Assembly: GCF_018350175.1 (NCBI RefSeq)
Contig: NC_058382.1
Coordinates: 6,944,001 to 7,008,000 of the forward strand
Reading direction: 5' to 3'
From: Felis catus
Taxonomy: Eukaryota
Length of the DNA: 64,000 nucleotides
Shown here: positions 23,597 to 36,188 of the stretch, piece after piece
Layout: each line of letters starts with the position of its first letter
Position numbering within the stretch: position 1 is the first letter of the stretch
Position numbers and translations under genes: made by a program
Notes under the pieces: generated by a model
What the model was told of the DNA's origin: nothing
The model's input: only the letters and a program-made list of their open reading frames with translations
Database searches by the model: none

Positions 23597-26500
23597 ATGG
23601 CCCTGTCACTGCTGTTGGCCCTGCTGTGGGGTGGTGAGTGGGCCACGGGGCCAGAAGGGGCCTGGGTGGGGGCGCAGGCTGGGCTTGCAGCTTGAGCCCT
23701 CTGTCTCCTTCAGGGTCTCAGGCTCAGGCCCCAGGATTCTCCCTGCAAGTGCAGAGCGTGGTGATGGTGCAGGAGGGCCTGTGTGTGCACGTGCCCTGCA
23801 CCCTCTCCTACCCCCGGATAGGCTGGACGGAGGACACCCCCGCCCTCGGCTCCTGGTTCGTGGTCGGGACAGACACGAACAAGGGAAGACCGGTGGCCAC
23901 AAACAAGCAGGATCAAGAGCACGGTGGCTCCGGGGGCCGGTTCCAGCTCACTGGGGATCCCCGGAACCGCAGCTGCTCCTTGCTGATCAGAGACGCCCAG
24001 GCGGAGGACTCGGCACAGTACTTCTTTCGGGTGGAGAGAGGCAGTTACGTGCGGTACAATTTCGTGGAAAGCCCTCTCTATCTGGAAGTGACAGGTATGG
24101 ACCGGGCTCCAGCAGGACTGGGCGGGAAACTCTCCTCCTCCCTGCCGTTCCCCAACCCCCCCCCCACACACACACACTGTGGGGAGCAGATCAGGGGTCA
24201 CCCCTGCAGCACCCCCTCCCAGGGCTAGGATTGTGCCCTCTCTTTGCCCCAGCCCTGACACAGAAGCCCGATGTCTACGTCCCAGAGACCCTGGAAGCAG
24301 GGCGCCAGGCGACACTCATCTGTGTGTTTAACTGGGCCTTTGAGGAATGTCCAGCCCCTACTTTCTCCTGGATGGGGGCCGCCGTCACCACCCCAGGGCC
24401 CGGACGCAAATCCTCCTACTTCTCAGTGCTTTCTCTCACACCGAGACCCCAGGACCACGGCACCCACCTCACGTGCCGGGTAGACTTCTCCAGAAAGGGC
24501 GTGAGCACAGAGACAACCGTTCGACTTAACATCACCCGTGAGTCTGGTGGCCAGGGCATCAGGGTGTGCAGACGGGCACGGCGGGATGTGGCCGGCGGGG
24601 CATCCAGACAGGTCGGTGGGGAGTCGCATCACGCTGCCTCGGCCCTGGGAGGGGCTTGGGGACGCCATCCGCTCCCCAGCCACAAGCATCTTTGACACCA
24701 GTTTGTCACTTGCCTCCCGGAGGATATCACGCTTTCTTTTCCCCCGAGGGGGTTCCCTCTTACTGCCAGGAGCCCCACGGTCCTCCCCCAAGCCAGGTCT
24801 CAATCTTGTTGCAGATGTCCCCAAAGACCTAGTTATCAGCGTTTCCAGAGCCAAGGCATCAGGTACGTATTGAGGGCCTGGGAGGGTGGGGCTGGTCCTC
24901 TGCGGAGGGTGGAGGCGAGGGAGACTCTGTTCCTCCTTCAGCTTCTCTCTCTCTCTCCCGGCTTCTGTCTCTGCAGCCCCGGAGCCCCAGGGAGACAGCC
25001 CACATCTGGAAGTCCAGAAAGGCCAGTTCCTGCAGCTGGTCTGTGCTTCCGAGAGCCAGTCCCCTGCCACCCTGAGCTGGGCCCTGGAGGACAGAATCCT
25101 TTCTTGGTCTCACCCCTGGACCCCCGGCCCCCTGGCTCTGGTGCTGACCCGGGTGATGCCTGGGGATTCAGGCTGCTACACCTGCCGAGCGGAGAACGGG
25201 CGTGGCTCCCAGAGCCTCACCCTGAACCTCTCCGTGCAGTGTGAGTGCGACCATCAGGAGCCTGGTTTCCAGAAAGGGAGAAGGAAGAGGGGGGCTGGGG
25301 CTGGGGGGCAGGGCCCCGGAGCTCGAAAGGGACCTGGAACCCCAGGCCGAGGGGGCTAACAATTCTGATTCCAACTCCAACATGGGTTTTCCACCACACC
25401 ACCAAACAATTCTCTGATGCCCGCTGGGTGTTCTGCAACTCAACTCGGTTGAACACTGTCTACCTTGTGGTGGTGGCAGATCTCACAGGTGAAGGGCTCG
25501 GTCCCGCAAGGTCCCCCCCGCTCCTTGGGCCCCCACCTCAGAGGCCAGTCACAAGCCAAGTTGACCAACTGGCTCTAGGTCGGAGTTTCCCATGACCCCC
25601 CCACCCCCACCTTGAATTCAATTGATTTGATAAAATGGGGCACAGAACTCAGAGGAACATTGCACTTACTGGATGGGGGGTTATTATAAAATGATACAAC
25701 AGCAGACAGAAGAGATGAGTGGGGGGCAAGGCCGTTGCCCGCGTACCAGTATGGAGGCTCTTCAAACCCCATTCTCTTGGGTTTTTATGGAGGCTTCAAC
25801 ACGGAGGCAGGATTGACCAAAGTTTTGGCCACTGCCGTCCGATCCCACCTGCAATCGCTCTCCCTTCCCCGGAAGTCAGGGCAGGGATGGAAAGTCCCAA
25901 AGCTTCCGTCACCGTCACCGAGGTTGGTTCTCTGGCCACCAGCCACCCCCCCCCCCCAGGTGCTTTCCAACGGTCACCTCATTTACATCAACCCAGTTGT
26001 GGTTTGAAAGGGGTTTGTTATGAATATCAAGACACCTTTATCGCTCTTGTCTTTTAGGAAATTCCAAGGGTTTTAGGAACTCTGTGCCAGGAAGGGGAGA
26101 GATATGTATATTTATTTAATTTTTTTAAGTTTATTTATTTTGAGAGAGTGTGTGCGTGCGTGTGTGTGTGTGTGTGTGAGCAGGGGAAGGGCAGAGACAG
26201 AAGGAGACAGAGAATCCCAAGCAGGCTCCATGCTGTCGGCGGAGAGCCCGATGTGGGGCTTGAACTCACAAACCGTGAGCTCACGACCTGACCCAAAACC
26301 AAGAGGCAGACACTTAACTGACCGAGCCGCTCAGGTGCCCTTAAATATTTTATTATAAATCACAAGCATAGAGACCAGCCCTTCTTACCAGTCTGTTCCC
26401 TTGGGCCACTCAGTGGAGAATCAGTCACTAGGTGATTCCATGCTCGGCCGGCAGCCCTGCCCTCTTTGTCTCCAAGGACCGTTCTCTGCCCTGAGGGAAC

Positions 26501-28936
26501 CCCCCCCTCCCCACCCTTCTAGAGCCGGCACCCTGTCTCTGTTTCAGATGCCCCAGAGAACCTAAGAGTGATGGCGCTACAAGCAAACAGGACAGGTATG
26601 AAGGGGGACAGAGAACCTGGGCCTCTCGGTGCCACACTGGGGGCCTCGGCGTCTGGAATGCTGCCATGCAAAAGGGTCCCTGTGCCCTCAGCTGAGCCTC
26701 TGAGCTTGCCTCTTCCTTCCCGCAGTCCTGGAAAACCTTGGGAATGGCACGTCCCTCCCAGCCCTGGAGGGCCAAAGCTTGCGTCTGCTCTGTGTCGCCC
26801 ACAGCAACCCCCCAGCCCAGCTGAGCTGGGCCCTGCGGGGACAGACTCTGGGCCCCTCCCAGCCCGCAGACCCCGGGATCCTGGAGCTGCCTCAGATACA
26901 AACGGAGCATGAAGGAGTCCTCACCTGCCGAGCTCAGAACTCGCTGGGCTCCCAGCACGTCTCCCTGCTTCTGTCTGTGGTCTGTGAGTGTGGGGACCCC
27001 CGGGGGCGAGACGCCCGGGACCTGGGGAGCAGAGGCGCCGCTGACCCTGCCCCTCCCCCCCTGCAGGCCCCCCGCGGCTGCTCGGCCCCTCCTGCTCCTG
27101 GGAGGGCGAGGCGCTGGGCTGCACCTGCTCCTCCCGAGCCCGGCCGGCCCCCACCCTGCGCTGGCGGCTGGGGGAGGGGCTGCTGGAGGGGAACCACAGC
27201 GACGCTTCCTTGACCGTCACCTCCAGCTCCGAGGGGCCCTGGGCCAACAGCTCCCTGAGCCTCAGGGGACCGCTGGGCTCTGGCCTCAGACTCAGCTGCG
27301 AGGCCCGGAATGCACATGGGGAACAGAGCGCCGCGGTCCTGCTGTTGCCAGGTCTGCGGGCCAGCTGGAGGCCCCACCCCCACCCCCGACGAGTGGAGGC
27401 TGAGTGGGGGCAGGGGCAAGGTCCTGTGGTTGGAGCAGGACCTGGGAAGGTGCACGTGGCACCTGCGGCTGGGAACGCAGAGGGCAATCCAAATTGGAAG
27501 GCCTGTCGCCTGGGTCCGGGGCGCAGAGGGGTTTCCAAAACTTGGACAGAAGGGGTTGCAGATAAAACTCCTGGAATGGGAGCTGGAACCTGAGCGCCCG
27601 GTGGCAGGTGGGCGTGAGGCCCCACGTTAACGGGGGAGGCTCAGAGCTGGCTGACCGTCTCCTTGCACAGATAAGAAGGGACTCCTCTCAAAGGCGTTGG
27701 GTGGCGGAATATTTCTGGGAATGGGCATCACGACGCTCCTTTTCCTCTGCCTCATCCTGGTCACGTGAGTTGGGAGCCGGCGCGATGGGGTGTGGGATCC
27801 GGGGCTGGGGACCGGGGAGGTGCCAGGGCGCACAATCAAGGGGCTTGTTCCCCGGGCAGGAAGACTCTGAGGAAGAAACAGGCCCAGGCAGGGACTCCGG
27901 CCCACGCAGGGACTCCGGACCAGGCAGGGGCTCCGCCCCAGGCAGGGGCTCCGCTGAAGCCCAAGGCCACGCGGAGAAGCACGATCCTGGACTACATCAA
28001 CGTGGTCCCCAATCCTGGTCCCCTGGTGAGTGGCTCCGTGTGCTGCCTCTACTTTCCCTGCTCAGACTCCCGGCCCTCGCCCTCGCCCCTCCCCTGCCCT
28101 GTCCCAATCCTTTTCCCCCAAGGGACATCAAGGTGGAAAAGGTATGGGTGTTGGATTTGAGTCCTGTGAGATCTTGACCAAATCACTCGCTCTCTCTGAG
28201 CCTCCATTTCTTCCTCTGCTTCCTTCGAGAGCTGGTTTGAGGATGAGAACACATCATGCACTTGCTCAAAATGTAGCGGCTTGCCCGTTCTTATCACCCC
28301 GATGAGGTTACTAATTCTAATTAATGATGTGATCATTCTTAATATCATGGAGAGTCCGTGTATTTAGTGATTAAGAGCACGGCTCTGAAGTCAGCTCGTC
28401 CGGGTACAATCTTGGTTTTATCGCGGTGTGTTCTTGGACAAGTCTCTTAACTTCTCTGTGCCTTAGTTTAAAATGGGGGAAATGGGGCGCCTGGGTGGCT
28501 CAGTCCTTAAGAGTCTGACCTCAGCTCAGGTCATGATCTCATGGTCTGTGAGTTTGGGCCCTGCATCGGGCTCTGTGCTGACAGCTCAGAGCCTGGAGCC
28601 TACTTCGGATTCTGTGCCTCCCTCTCTCTCTGCCCCTCCCCTGCTTGCACTCACTCTCTCTCTCTCTCTCTCTCTCAAAAATAAACATTAAAAAAAATTT
28701 TTTTAAAGAAAATGGGAGAAATAGTAGTATCTATTACCTAGGATCATTCTAAGTACTCACTATGCTCATGGTACCTGTAAACATTTAGAATAGCAGCCGG
28801 CACCTAGTAAGTGTTCTACAAATGCCGGATAGTTTTAGGAGAGAACATTTATTTGTTTATTTACTTATTTATTTTTATTTTTACTTTTTTTAAGTTTATT
28901 TAGAGGGGAGGTGCGCATGCGCACAAGCAGGGGAGG

Positions 28937-28970
<34 letters not shown>

Positions 28971-30160
28971 CCCAAGCAGGCTCCCTGCTGTCAGCACAAA
29001 GCCTGATGCGGGGCTCGAACCCACATCAGATCATGACCTGAGCCGAAACCAACCGGCCCCCCCCCCCCAGGCGCCCCCAGGAGAGAACATTTGTATGCTG
29101 ATGACTCCAAAACTTGCATCTCTCAAACTCACCCTTGACCTTTAGACTCCTATCCAACGGTCCGGGCGGCATGTCTGTTCGAGTGTCTAACAGGCGTCTC
29201 AGATTTAGCCCATCCGAGTCGAATTTAGGACTAACTCCACTGCTTATGCTCTCCACGCGGCCCGGCTCGGCAAACAGCACCACGTCCGCCCGGCTGCCTA
29301 AGCCCGTCTTTCGCTCCTCTGTCCTCCACCACCCCAGGATCAACCCATTAGCAAGACCCCTTCCAAATACACCCAAACCGCCCCTGCCGGTTCTGCCACT
29401 TCCTGTGTGTGTCCCCCTGCTTCCGCTCTCCCCGCCCCGGCTCTCTTTCCGTGTGCATGGTATCCTTTAAAAACCCAAATAGGGAGGCCCCTGGGTGGCT
29501 CAGTCGGTTAAGCGTCTGAGTCCTGATTTCAGCTCATCATGATCTCACCTTTGGTGAGTTTGAGCCCAGCATCAGGCCCTGTGCTGACGGTGCAGAGCCT
29601 GCTTGGGCTTCTCTCTCTCTCCCTCTCTCTGCCCCTCCCCTTCTCTCTCTCTTTAAATAAACTTAAAAAAAAAGAAACCCCAAATAGGGACAACTAACCC
29701 CCGTGGAATACTACTCAGCCATCAAAAGGAACAAATGATTGAAAGAAGCTACTGGTTGAAAAAACCTTAGAGACAAAAAAAAAAAAAAAAGAAAGAAAGA
29801 AAAGAAAAATGCCGATCTCCAATGGTCACGTATGCAGGATTCCATGTTTATAACACCCTGCAAACGATCAGATTGTAGAGACAGAGGACAGATTAGTAGT
29901 GGCCAGGGTTAGGGACGGGAGGGCAGTGAGGACTAGACAGGAGCAGCAGGTGGGGAGAGCTTTGTGGGGAGGAACAGTTCTGTGTCTTGACTGTGCTGTG
30001 GGCTGCACGGATCCGCCTGTGTGTGTTCGCTCTGGCTGCCATAGCAAAGGACTGCAGCCCGGGTGACTTAAGCCACAGACATTGTTTATTGTTTGTTCCT
30101 GCCCCAAGATGTAATCCTAGTTCTTTTTTTTTTTTTTTAATTTTTTAATGTTTATTTATT

Positions 30161-30196
<36 letters not shown>

Positions 30197-30921
30197 AGCA
30201 GGGGAGGGTCAGAGAGAGAGAGGGAGACCCAGAATCCGAAGCAGGCTCCAGGCTCTGAGCTGTCAGCACAGGGCCCGAGGCGGGGCTTGAACTCACAAAC
30301 CGTGAGATCATGACCTGAGCCCATGTCGGTCGCTTAACTGACTAAGCCACCCAGGCGCCCCAATCCCAGTTCTTAATTAGTGTCTGGTGCATGGTGANNN
30401 NNNNNNNNNNNNNNNNNNNNNNNNNNNNNNNNNNNNNNNNNNNNNNNNNNNNNNNNNNNNNNNNNNNNNNNNNNNNNNNNNNNNNNNNNNNNNNNNNNNN
30501 NNNNNNNNNNNNNNNNNNNNNNNNNNNNNNNNNNNNNNNNNNNNNNNNNNNNNNNNNNNNNNNNNNNNNNNNNNNNNNNNNNNNNNNNNNNGGAAGAATA
30601 GAAGGAGGGAAGGAAGCCTGGTTGTTCCTCTCCCAGGCTCGCAATCGCAATGGGAGCCAGAACCGGAAGGCCATGCCGAGCAGCCCTTCCCAGGCCTCTC
30701 CTCCAGGCGCTCCCTCCCAGGAATGTAAGAAAAACCAGAAGGAGCTACATGCTGCTCCCCACACTTGTCCAGGACCCAGATCATCCACGCAAGCCTCAGA
30801 ATCAGAGAGTAACCAAGAGAATCTCCATTATGCCGCCCTCACCTTCTCGGGCCTCAGACCCTGGGACACCCGGGAGTCCAAGGACACAGGCCCGGAGTAC
30901 GAGGACATCAAGTTTCACTGA
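23597..30921 (+). CDS. SIGLEC10: Sialic acid-binding Ig-like lectin 10, 716 aa (V-set + 4 C2-type domains, TM, YxN, ITIM, ITIM-like)
   Basis: Eleven exons: 23597-23633, 23714-24094, 24253-24537, 24815-24862, 24977-25240, 26548-26595, 26726-26983, 27067-27351, 27671-27764, 27860-28025, 30637-30921. Total 2151 nt, open. Diagnostic peptides: [33 protein letters not shown] (ITIM), EYEDIKFH*. Position next to C19orf84/LIM2 matches human. Confidence 0.95.
25383..26098 (-). mobile_element. MER21-family ERV LTR in SIGLEC10 intron 5
   Basis: cacaccaaacaattct, agatctcacaggtgaagggctc, cacagaactcagag, gggtttttatggaggcttca, ggaaattccaaggg. Confidence 0.7.
27885..27956 (+). repeat. In-frame coding minisatellite, 4 x 18 bp, in SIGLEC10 exon 10
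   Basis: caggcagggactccggcc / cacgcagggactccggac / caggcaggggctccgccc / caggcaggggctccgctg = [24 protein letters not shown]. Confidence 0.95.
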
Positions 30922-30985
30922 CGGTCTCCCGGGCTGCAGGGCTGGGATCCGGGGTAGGCGGAATGGAGAGGGTGAGGAAGACAAG

Positions 30986-31034
<49 letters not shown>

Positions 31035-31254
31035 CCTCACCCTCTTGGTCTCCAAGCATGGGTCCTCCCATTCCAGACCCGATCATTTGGAAAAGCTAGA
31101 CGCATCTCTCTGGATGCACTATTCTGAGAGGCAAGAGAAATCTTCTCTGCCACCGCCCCCCCCCCCCCCCCCCCCGCAGCTGATCACACAGGCTCACAGT
31201 TTCTCAAAGGTGGGAGGGACTTTAAAGGCAATTAACCTATCATCTTTGCGGGGT

Positions 31255-31890
31255 CAGCCAGCTAACCTCACAGGTCAAGTCTGACCCTCTGCCTAATTTC
31301 GAGCCAAGAGTGTTTTCCACATTTTAAATGGTTGTGGGGAGGGGCCAGCTCAGATGGGAGAGCTTACAACGCCTGATCTCTGGGGTGGTGAGTTCAAGCC
31401 CCAGGTCAGGTGTAGAGATTACTAAAATAATAATACTAATAAACTTAAAAAAATAAATGGTTGGGGGGCGCCTGGGTGGCGCAGTCGGTTAAGCGTCCGA
31501 CTTCAGCCAGGTCACGATCTCGCGGTCCGTGAGTTCGAGCCCCGCATCGGGCTCTGGGCTGATGGCTCAGAGCCTGGAGCCTGTTTCCGATTCTGTGTCT
31601 CCCTCTCTCTCTGCCCCTTCCCCGTTCATGCTCTGTCTCTCTCTGTCCCAAAAATAAATAAACGTTGAAAAAAAAAATAAATAAAATAAATGGTTGGGAG
31701 CGGGGAATCGAAAGCAGAAAAATGTTTCCCGATACGTGCTAAGGATATGAAATGCCAATTCCGGTGTCCATAAATAAAGCTTTATTGGATCACAGTCGCG
31801 CCCATTCTTTTATGCAGGACTCTGGCCCACGGCAGGCAGAGCTGAGTCCGAGATGTCTGCTGTCTGGGCGTCTGCAGGAAGAGTTTGCAG
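31255..31890 (+). mobile_element. MER58B-like hAT element with two nested SINEs
   Basis: gtgtccataaataaagctttattggatcacag..; target aaatggttg repeated at ~31326, ~31456 and ~31689. Confidence 0.65.
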
Positions 31891-32506
31891 AATCTTCACC
31901 TAAAGTAAACACAGCCACTTATTTTTACAGAAGAGGAACAGAAGCAGATGTTCAGAGTGAGTTCAAGAGCAGCCACCACAAAGATGTCCTGCTGGGAGAC
32001 AAGACAGGAAGTCCCTCAGGGCAAGGACACCACGTGGAGACTGGGCGCAATTGTGCCCTGCAACCCATGAACCTGAGGAAGAACGATCGCAGGAGGGCAT
32101 GGTACTGGGAACCCTCTCAAAATGTAATGGAAAGCAAAGCTCACCATGCACTCCGAATCGACCAGCCGGTGAAGAGAGAAGATGGGTCTATTTCTCCGAG
32201 GGGAGCAGGTCCTTCCTCCTTCCCCAGAGGTCAGAGTCCTAATTGCTTCACCGAAAGCTCTCATGGGGGATGGTTGCTACTTGCCAGGCAGAAAATTGAG
32301 AAGCCCAGAAGAGATGTTGGCCTTTGCATTAAAAAAAAAAAAAAAAAAAAGTTGGGGGCACCTGGGTGGCTCAGTCGGTTGAGCGGCCGACTCTTGGTTT
32401 TGGTTCAGGTCATGATCTCCCGGGTTGTGGGTTCAAGCCTGGCATGGGGCTCTGTGCTGACAGAGCGAAGCCTGCTTGGGATTCTCTCTGCCCTCTCCCC
32501 TGGCTC

Positions 32507-32560
<54 letters not shown>

Positions 32561-35500
32561 AGAAATAAACAAACATTTAATAAATAAAGAAATAACAGGG
32601 CGCCTGGGTGGCTCAGTTGGTTAAGCGTCCAACTTCAGCTCGGGTCACGATCTCACAGTTCGTGAGTTTGAGACCCACGTGGGGCTCCATGCTGACAGCT
32701 CAGAGCCTGGAGCCTGCTTCGGATTCTGGGTCTCCCTCTCTGTCTGCCCCTCCCCTGCTTGCACTCTGTCTCTCTCTCTGTCTCAAAAATAAATAAACAT
32801 TTTAAAATTTTGATAAATAAATAAATAACAATAATAATAAAAATAAAGCCACACTGGAGAAATCTGTGGAACTGAGAGCGTGTCCACACCCCAACAGCTG
32901 CCTGGCTCTAAAAATCTTTCCCCACTGCTTTGCCATCCTGCCTGAAGGGGGCGCTCTTGAGCGAAAAGGACTCGGAGCCTTGGGGGGCTTTTGGCTGGAC
33001 TGGGACATAAAAGGCCCATCTCTGAAGATGCTTGTGGTCCACAGGGTCAAGAGCTAAAGAGCAGGGAAAGGGTTAGAGGGGAGGGCATATCATTTCAAAG
33101 GGTGACAGCTCCCACGAAGAGGAAGGAGCTGGTGGTGGACAAGTTCATGTTTTCCCAGGTATTTGGCTAAGGTCCTGAGGCTTTGTGTCCTGAGAGAGAG
33201 AATAACCGGATGTTCGCAGATAAGCCCCGCTTCACCTAAACCCTCTCAAATTCCAGAGCTATTGATCTGTGGAGACATTTGTAACACGGACTAACACATA
33301 TTGAGCACTTACGCCAGGCGCTTCGGTGAATGCTTATTATATTATCCCACTCAACGCAGAAACTCTTAAGGGAATTTTTGACTGGGGAAGTCTCCCTTCA
33401 TCTTGCCAGATCCCAATTAACTGGTTCATATAAGGCAGCCCGAAAAGGTTCAGAACTTTAAGAAAGAACAGATGTTAATCCAGAAGAATTTAACAAAACC
33501 TCTTAATTTGTCTACCCAAGGTAATCGTCAGTACTAATGAGCTGAGGGGCGCCTCGGTGGCTCAAGACAGTTGAGCATCTGATGGGTTTTTTTTTAAGTT
33601 TATTTGTTTATTTATTTATTTAGAGAGAGTGTGTGGGAGGGGCAGAAAGAGAGGGAGGGAGAGAGAGAATCCACACTGTCAGCGCAGGGCCTGATGCCAG
33701 GCTCGAACTCGCGAACCGCCAGAACGTGACCTGAGCTGAAACCAAGAGTCGGATGTTCAACCCACTGAGCCACCCGGGCACCCCAAGCATCTGCCTCTTG
33801 ATTTTGGCTCAGGTCATGATCTCAGGGTTGTGGGATCGAGCTCTGTGCGGGGCTCCACATTGAGCATGGAGCTGGCTTAAAATTCTCTCTTTCTCTCCCT
33901 CTGCCTCCCTTCCCTATTCATGCTCTCTCTCTCTCTCTAAAATAAAGTAATAATGATATAATAATAATAAGCTGATTCTTGCACTGGTTTCTTAGCCACT
34001 ACTGGCAAGATTTATCTAATTCTGTTCATCCTTTTAGGGACTAAAGATCCCTTCTCTCCACCCACCCCCCCATAATCTTAGAAGAAAGACAAAAACAAAA
34101 AACAAAAAGCAAATCGTCCACAGTGGCCAGCTGCGTGGACACAGTCTGGCCGCTGCTTCCTTCAGAGATGAGGTGACAGACTCTCTCCCTCTCTCTTTTT
34201 TTATTGTTTATTTACTTTTTTTTTGAAAGAGAGAGAGAGAGACAGAGTGTGAGTGGGGGAGGGACAGAGTGAAAGGAGACACAATCTGAAGCAGGCTCCA
34301 GGCTCCCAGCTGTCAGCACAGAACCTGAAGCAGGGCTTGAACTCACAGACCTCGAGATCATGACCTGAGGCAAAGTCAGTCGCTTAACAGACTGAGCCAC
34401 CCAGGTGCCCCTGGGCTCTCCTCTCTTTATACCTGAAATGATTGACAGGACTCCTGTCCAATCACAACTTTTCTCCTCATTCGAGCCACTAAGGGGCAGG
34501 TTCTGACTTTTCTCTAATACAAGTGTTACAAAGAAGTTAGCATGTAAAAATGTTGATGACTTAGGGCCAGATGTGAAAACTGAAGACCAGCTCATAACTT
34601 TTTTCCTTTTATTAATCACAGCTTGCAAAACTTCCTTCTTGTGAATGAAATGGCCTGAGCTTTGTGGTACCAAGATCTCCTGGTGACAGTTTAACAAATC
34701 ACTCTGGTTCGCAGATGAAGATCACTGTGCAGCAAATAATGAAGAGGGAGAAAGAAAGGGGAGGGGGGAGACTTTGAGATGGAATTTTCCAAGGGTCTCG
34801 TGGTGCAGATATTATGACCTCTGCTTTATAGCTGAGCAGACTGAGGCACCGGAGGGTTGCAGACGTGCCCAACACCACACGATTAGTCAGATTCAATCCC
34901 AGGCAATCTGATTCCCGAGCCCAGGCTCTTAGTCATGATCCTATATGGGCCTCCTGGTGAATTGTTGACCGGAGGTGTGGCTGGGCACCTGGGTGGCTCG
35001 GTCAGTTAAAAGATTCTTGGTTTCAGCTCAGGTCATGATCTCACGGTTCATGAGTTGGAGTTTCTCTCTCTCCCTCTCTCTGCCCCTTCACTCTCTCTGG
35101 AGCGCTCTCTCTCTCAAAGCAAATACATAAGCTTAAAAAAAAAAAAAGAGGTGTGGCAGGTACAGCACATGGGAAGGACAAAGGATTTGTCCTTGTGTCC
35201 AGATTCTACCACTTACTAGCAGAGTAAGTGTAGGCCAAGTGATTTTCCCTCTCGGAGCCTCTATTTCCCCCTGCATTCAAATGACGGTAACACCCTTGCT
35301 CAAAAGCGGGTTGTAATGACTGAATAGAGACTGTAAATATAGTGTATAAACTGTAAAGCATCATTTAGACATTAACTATGCTTATCTGAGTACAACGAAG
35401 TAGGATTCTTTAAGTATGGTGGAGAGCCTTCGGAAGAACAGAGAATTTATCTATCGGGATCCAAATCTCACGTTTGTTGAATGGCAACTATAATATGTGA

Positions 35501-36151
35501 AATCTTCTCAGCTCGGAAGAGGCTGCCCATTTGCATTAGCCATGGCGCCCCAGTCTGCAGGGGGGTTGCAAACAGCTTTGGAGAATAAGATACTGAGTGA
35601 GGGCGAGCACTGTGGTCACTGTCTCCCATGCTCTTTCTGTTCTTCCTCCCATAGTCACCGTAGGAGCCCCGATTGGGCTGTTATTGGGTAGCTGGTGATA
35701 TACCAGGGAGACCCCCTCAGACCTGTTTTGCCTTCTTCAGTGAGCCAACGCTCCTGGGGACAGCATGAAGTACAGCAGTGAATTAGGTGCAAGGATTCAA
35801 GTTGGCCACTAGGAGCCAGTATACACAGAGTGAGGGAATTACAGACTCGGCTTAGGATCACCCAATGCAATCCCCTCATTTTAGAGACAGGGTTTAGAAG
35901 GAGGGACAGGGTCTTGCCTAAGGCCGTGCGGCAAAATGGAGGAAGTGAAACTCATACCCAGCCAGGTCCTAGAATGGATGAGCATTGATTGCACAGCATG
36001 AATCCCTTTTAACAAATTTGGAGCGGGGAGGATGCCGGAGGGGCTTCTGTTTCCATTCCTGTTCCCCCAAATCCTGCTATGAGAGCCACCTTTCAAAGTT
36101 TGTATGACCTAGGAAATTTCTTTTTTTTTTGTAAGTTATTTATTTATTTAT

Positions 36152-36188
<37 letters not shown>

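Noticed and set aside
4772-24537. Idea that the activating Siglec and SIGLEC10 are a gene-conversion pair
   Set aside because: Their V-set and C2-1 exons are clearly divergent (roughly half the residues differ by eye), with no near-identical tract.
23133-24695. 520-aa + strand ORF
   Set aside because: Chance read-through of GC-rich upstream sequence and introns; only the part matching SIGLEC10 exon 3 is real coding sequence.
27885-27956. Regularly spaced repeats as a CRISPR-like array
   Set aside because: Contiguous tandem units with no unique spacers, in a mammalian exon.
30398-30591. Hidden extra SIGLEC10 exon in the N-run
   Set aside because: Exon 10 (phase 0) joins exon 11 in frame and matches the known exon structure; the gap adjoins an LTR/SINE fragment. 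It cannot be fully excluded.
31752-32624. 290-aa + strand ORF
   Set aside because: Starts in MER58, runs through poly-A and a SINE (KKKKKK, SLSLSL); no recognisable domain.
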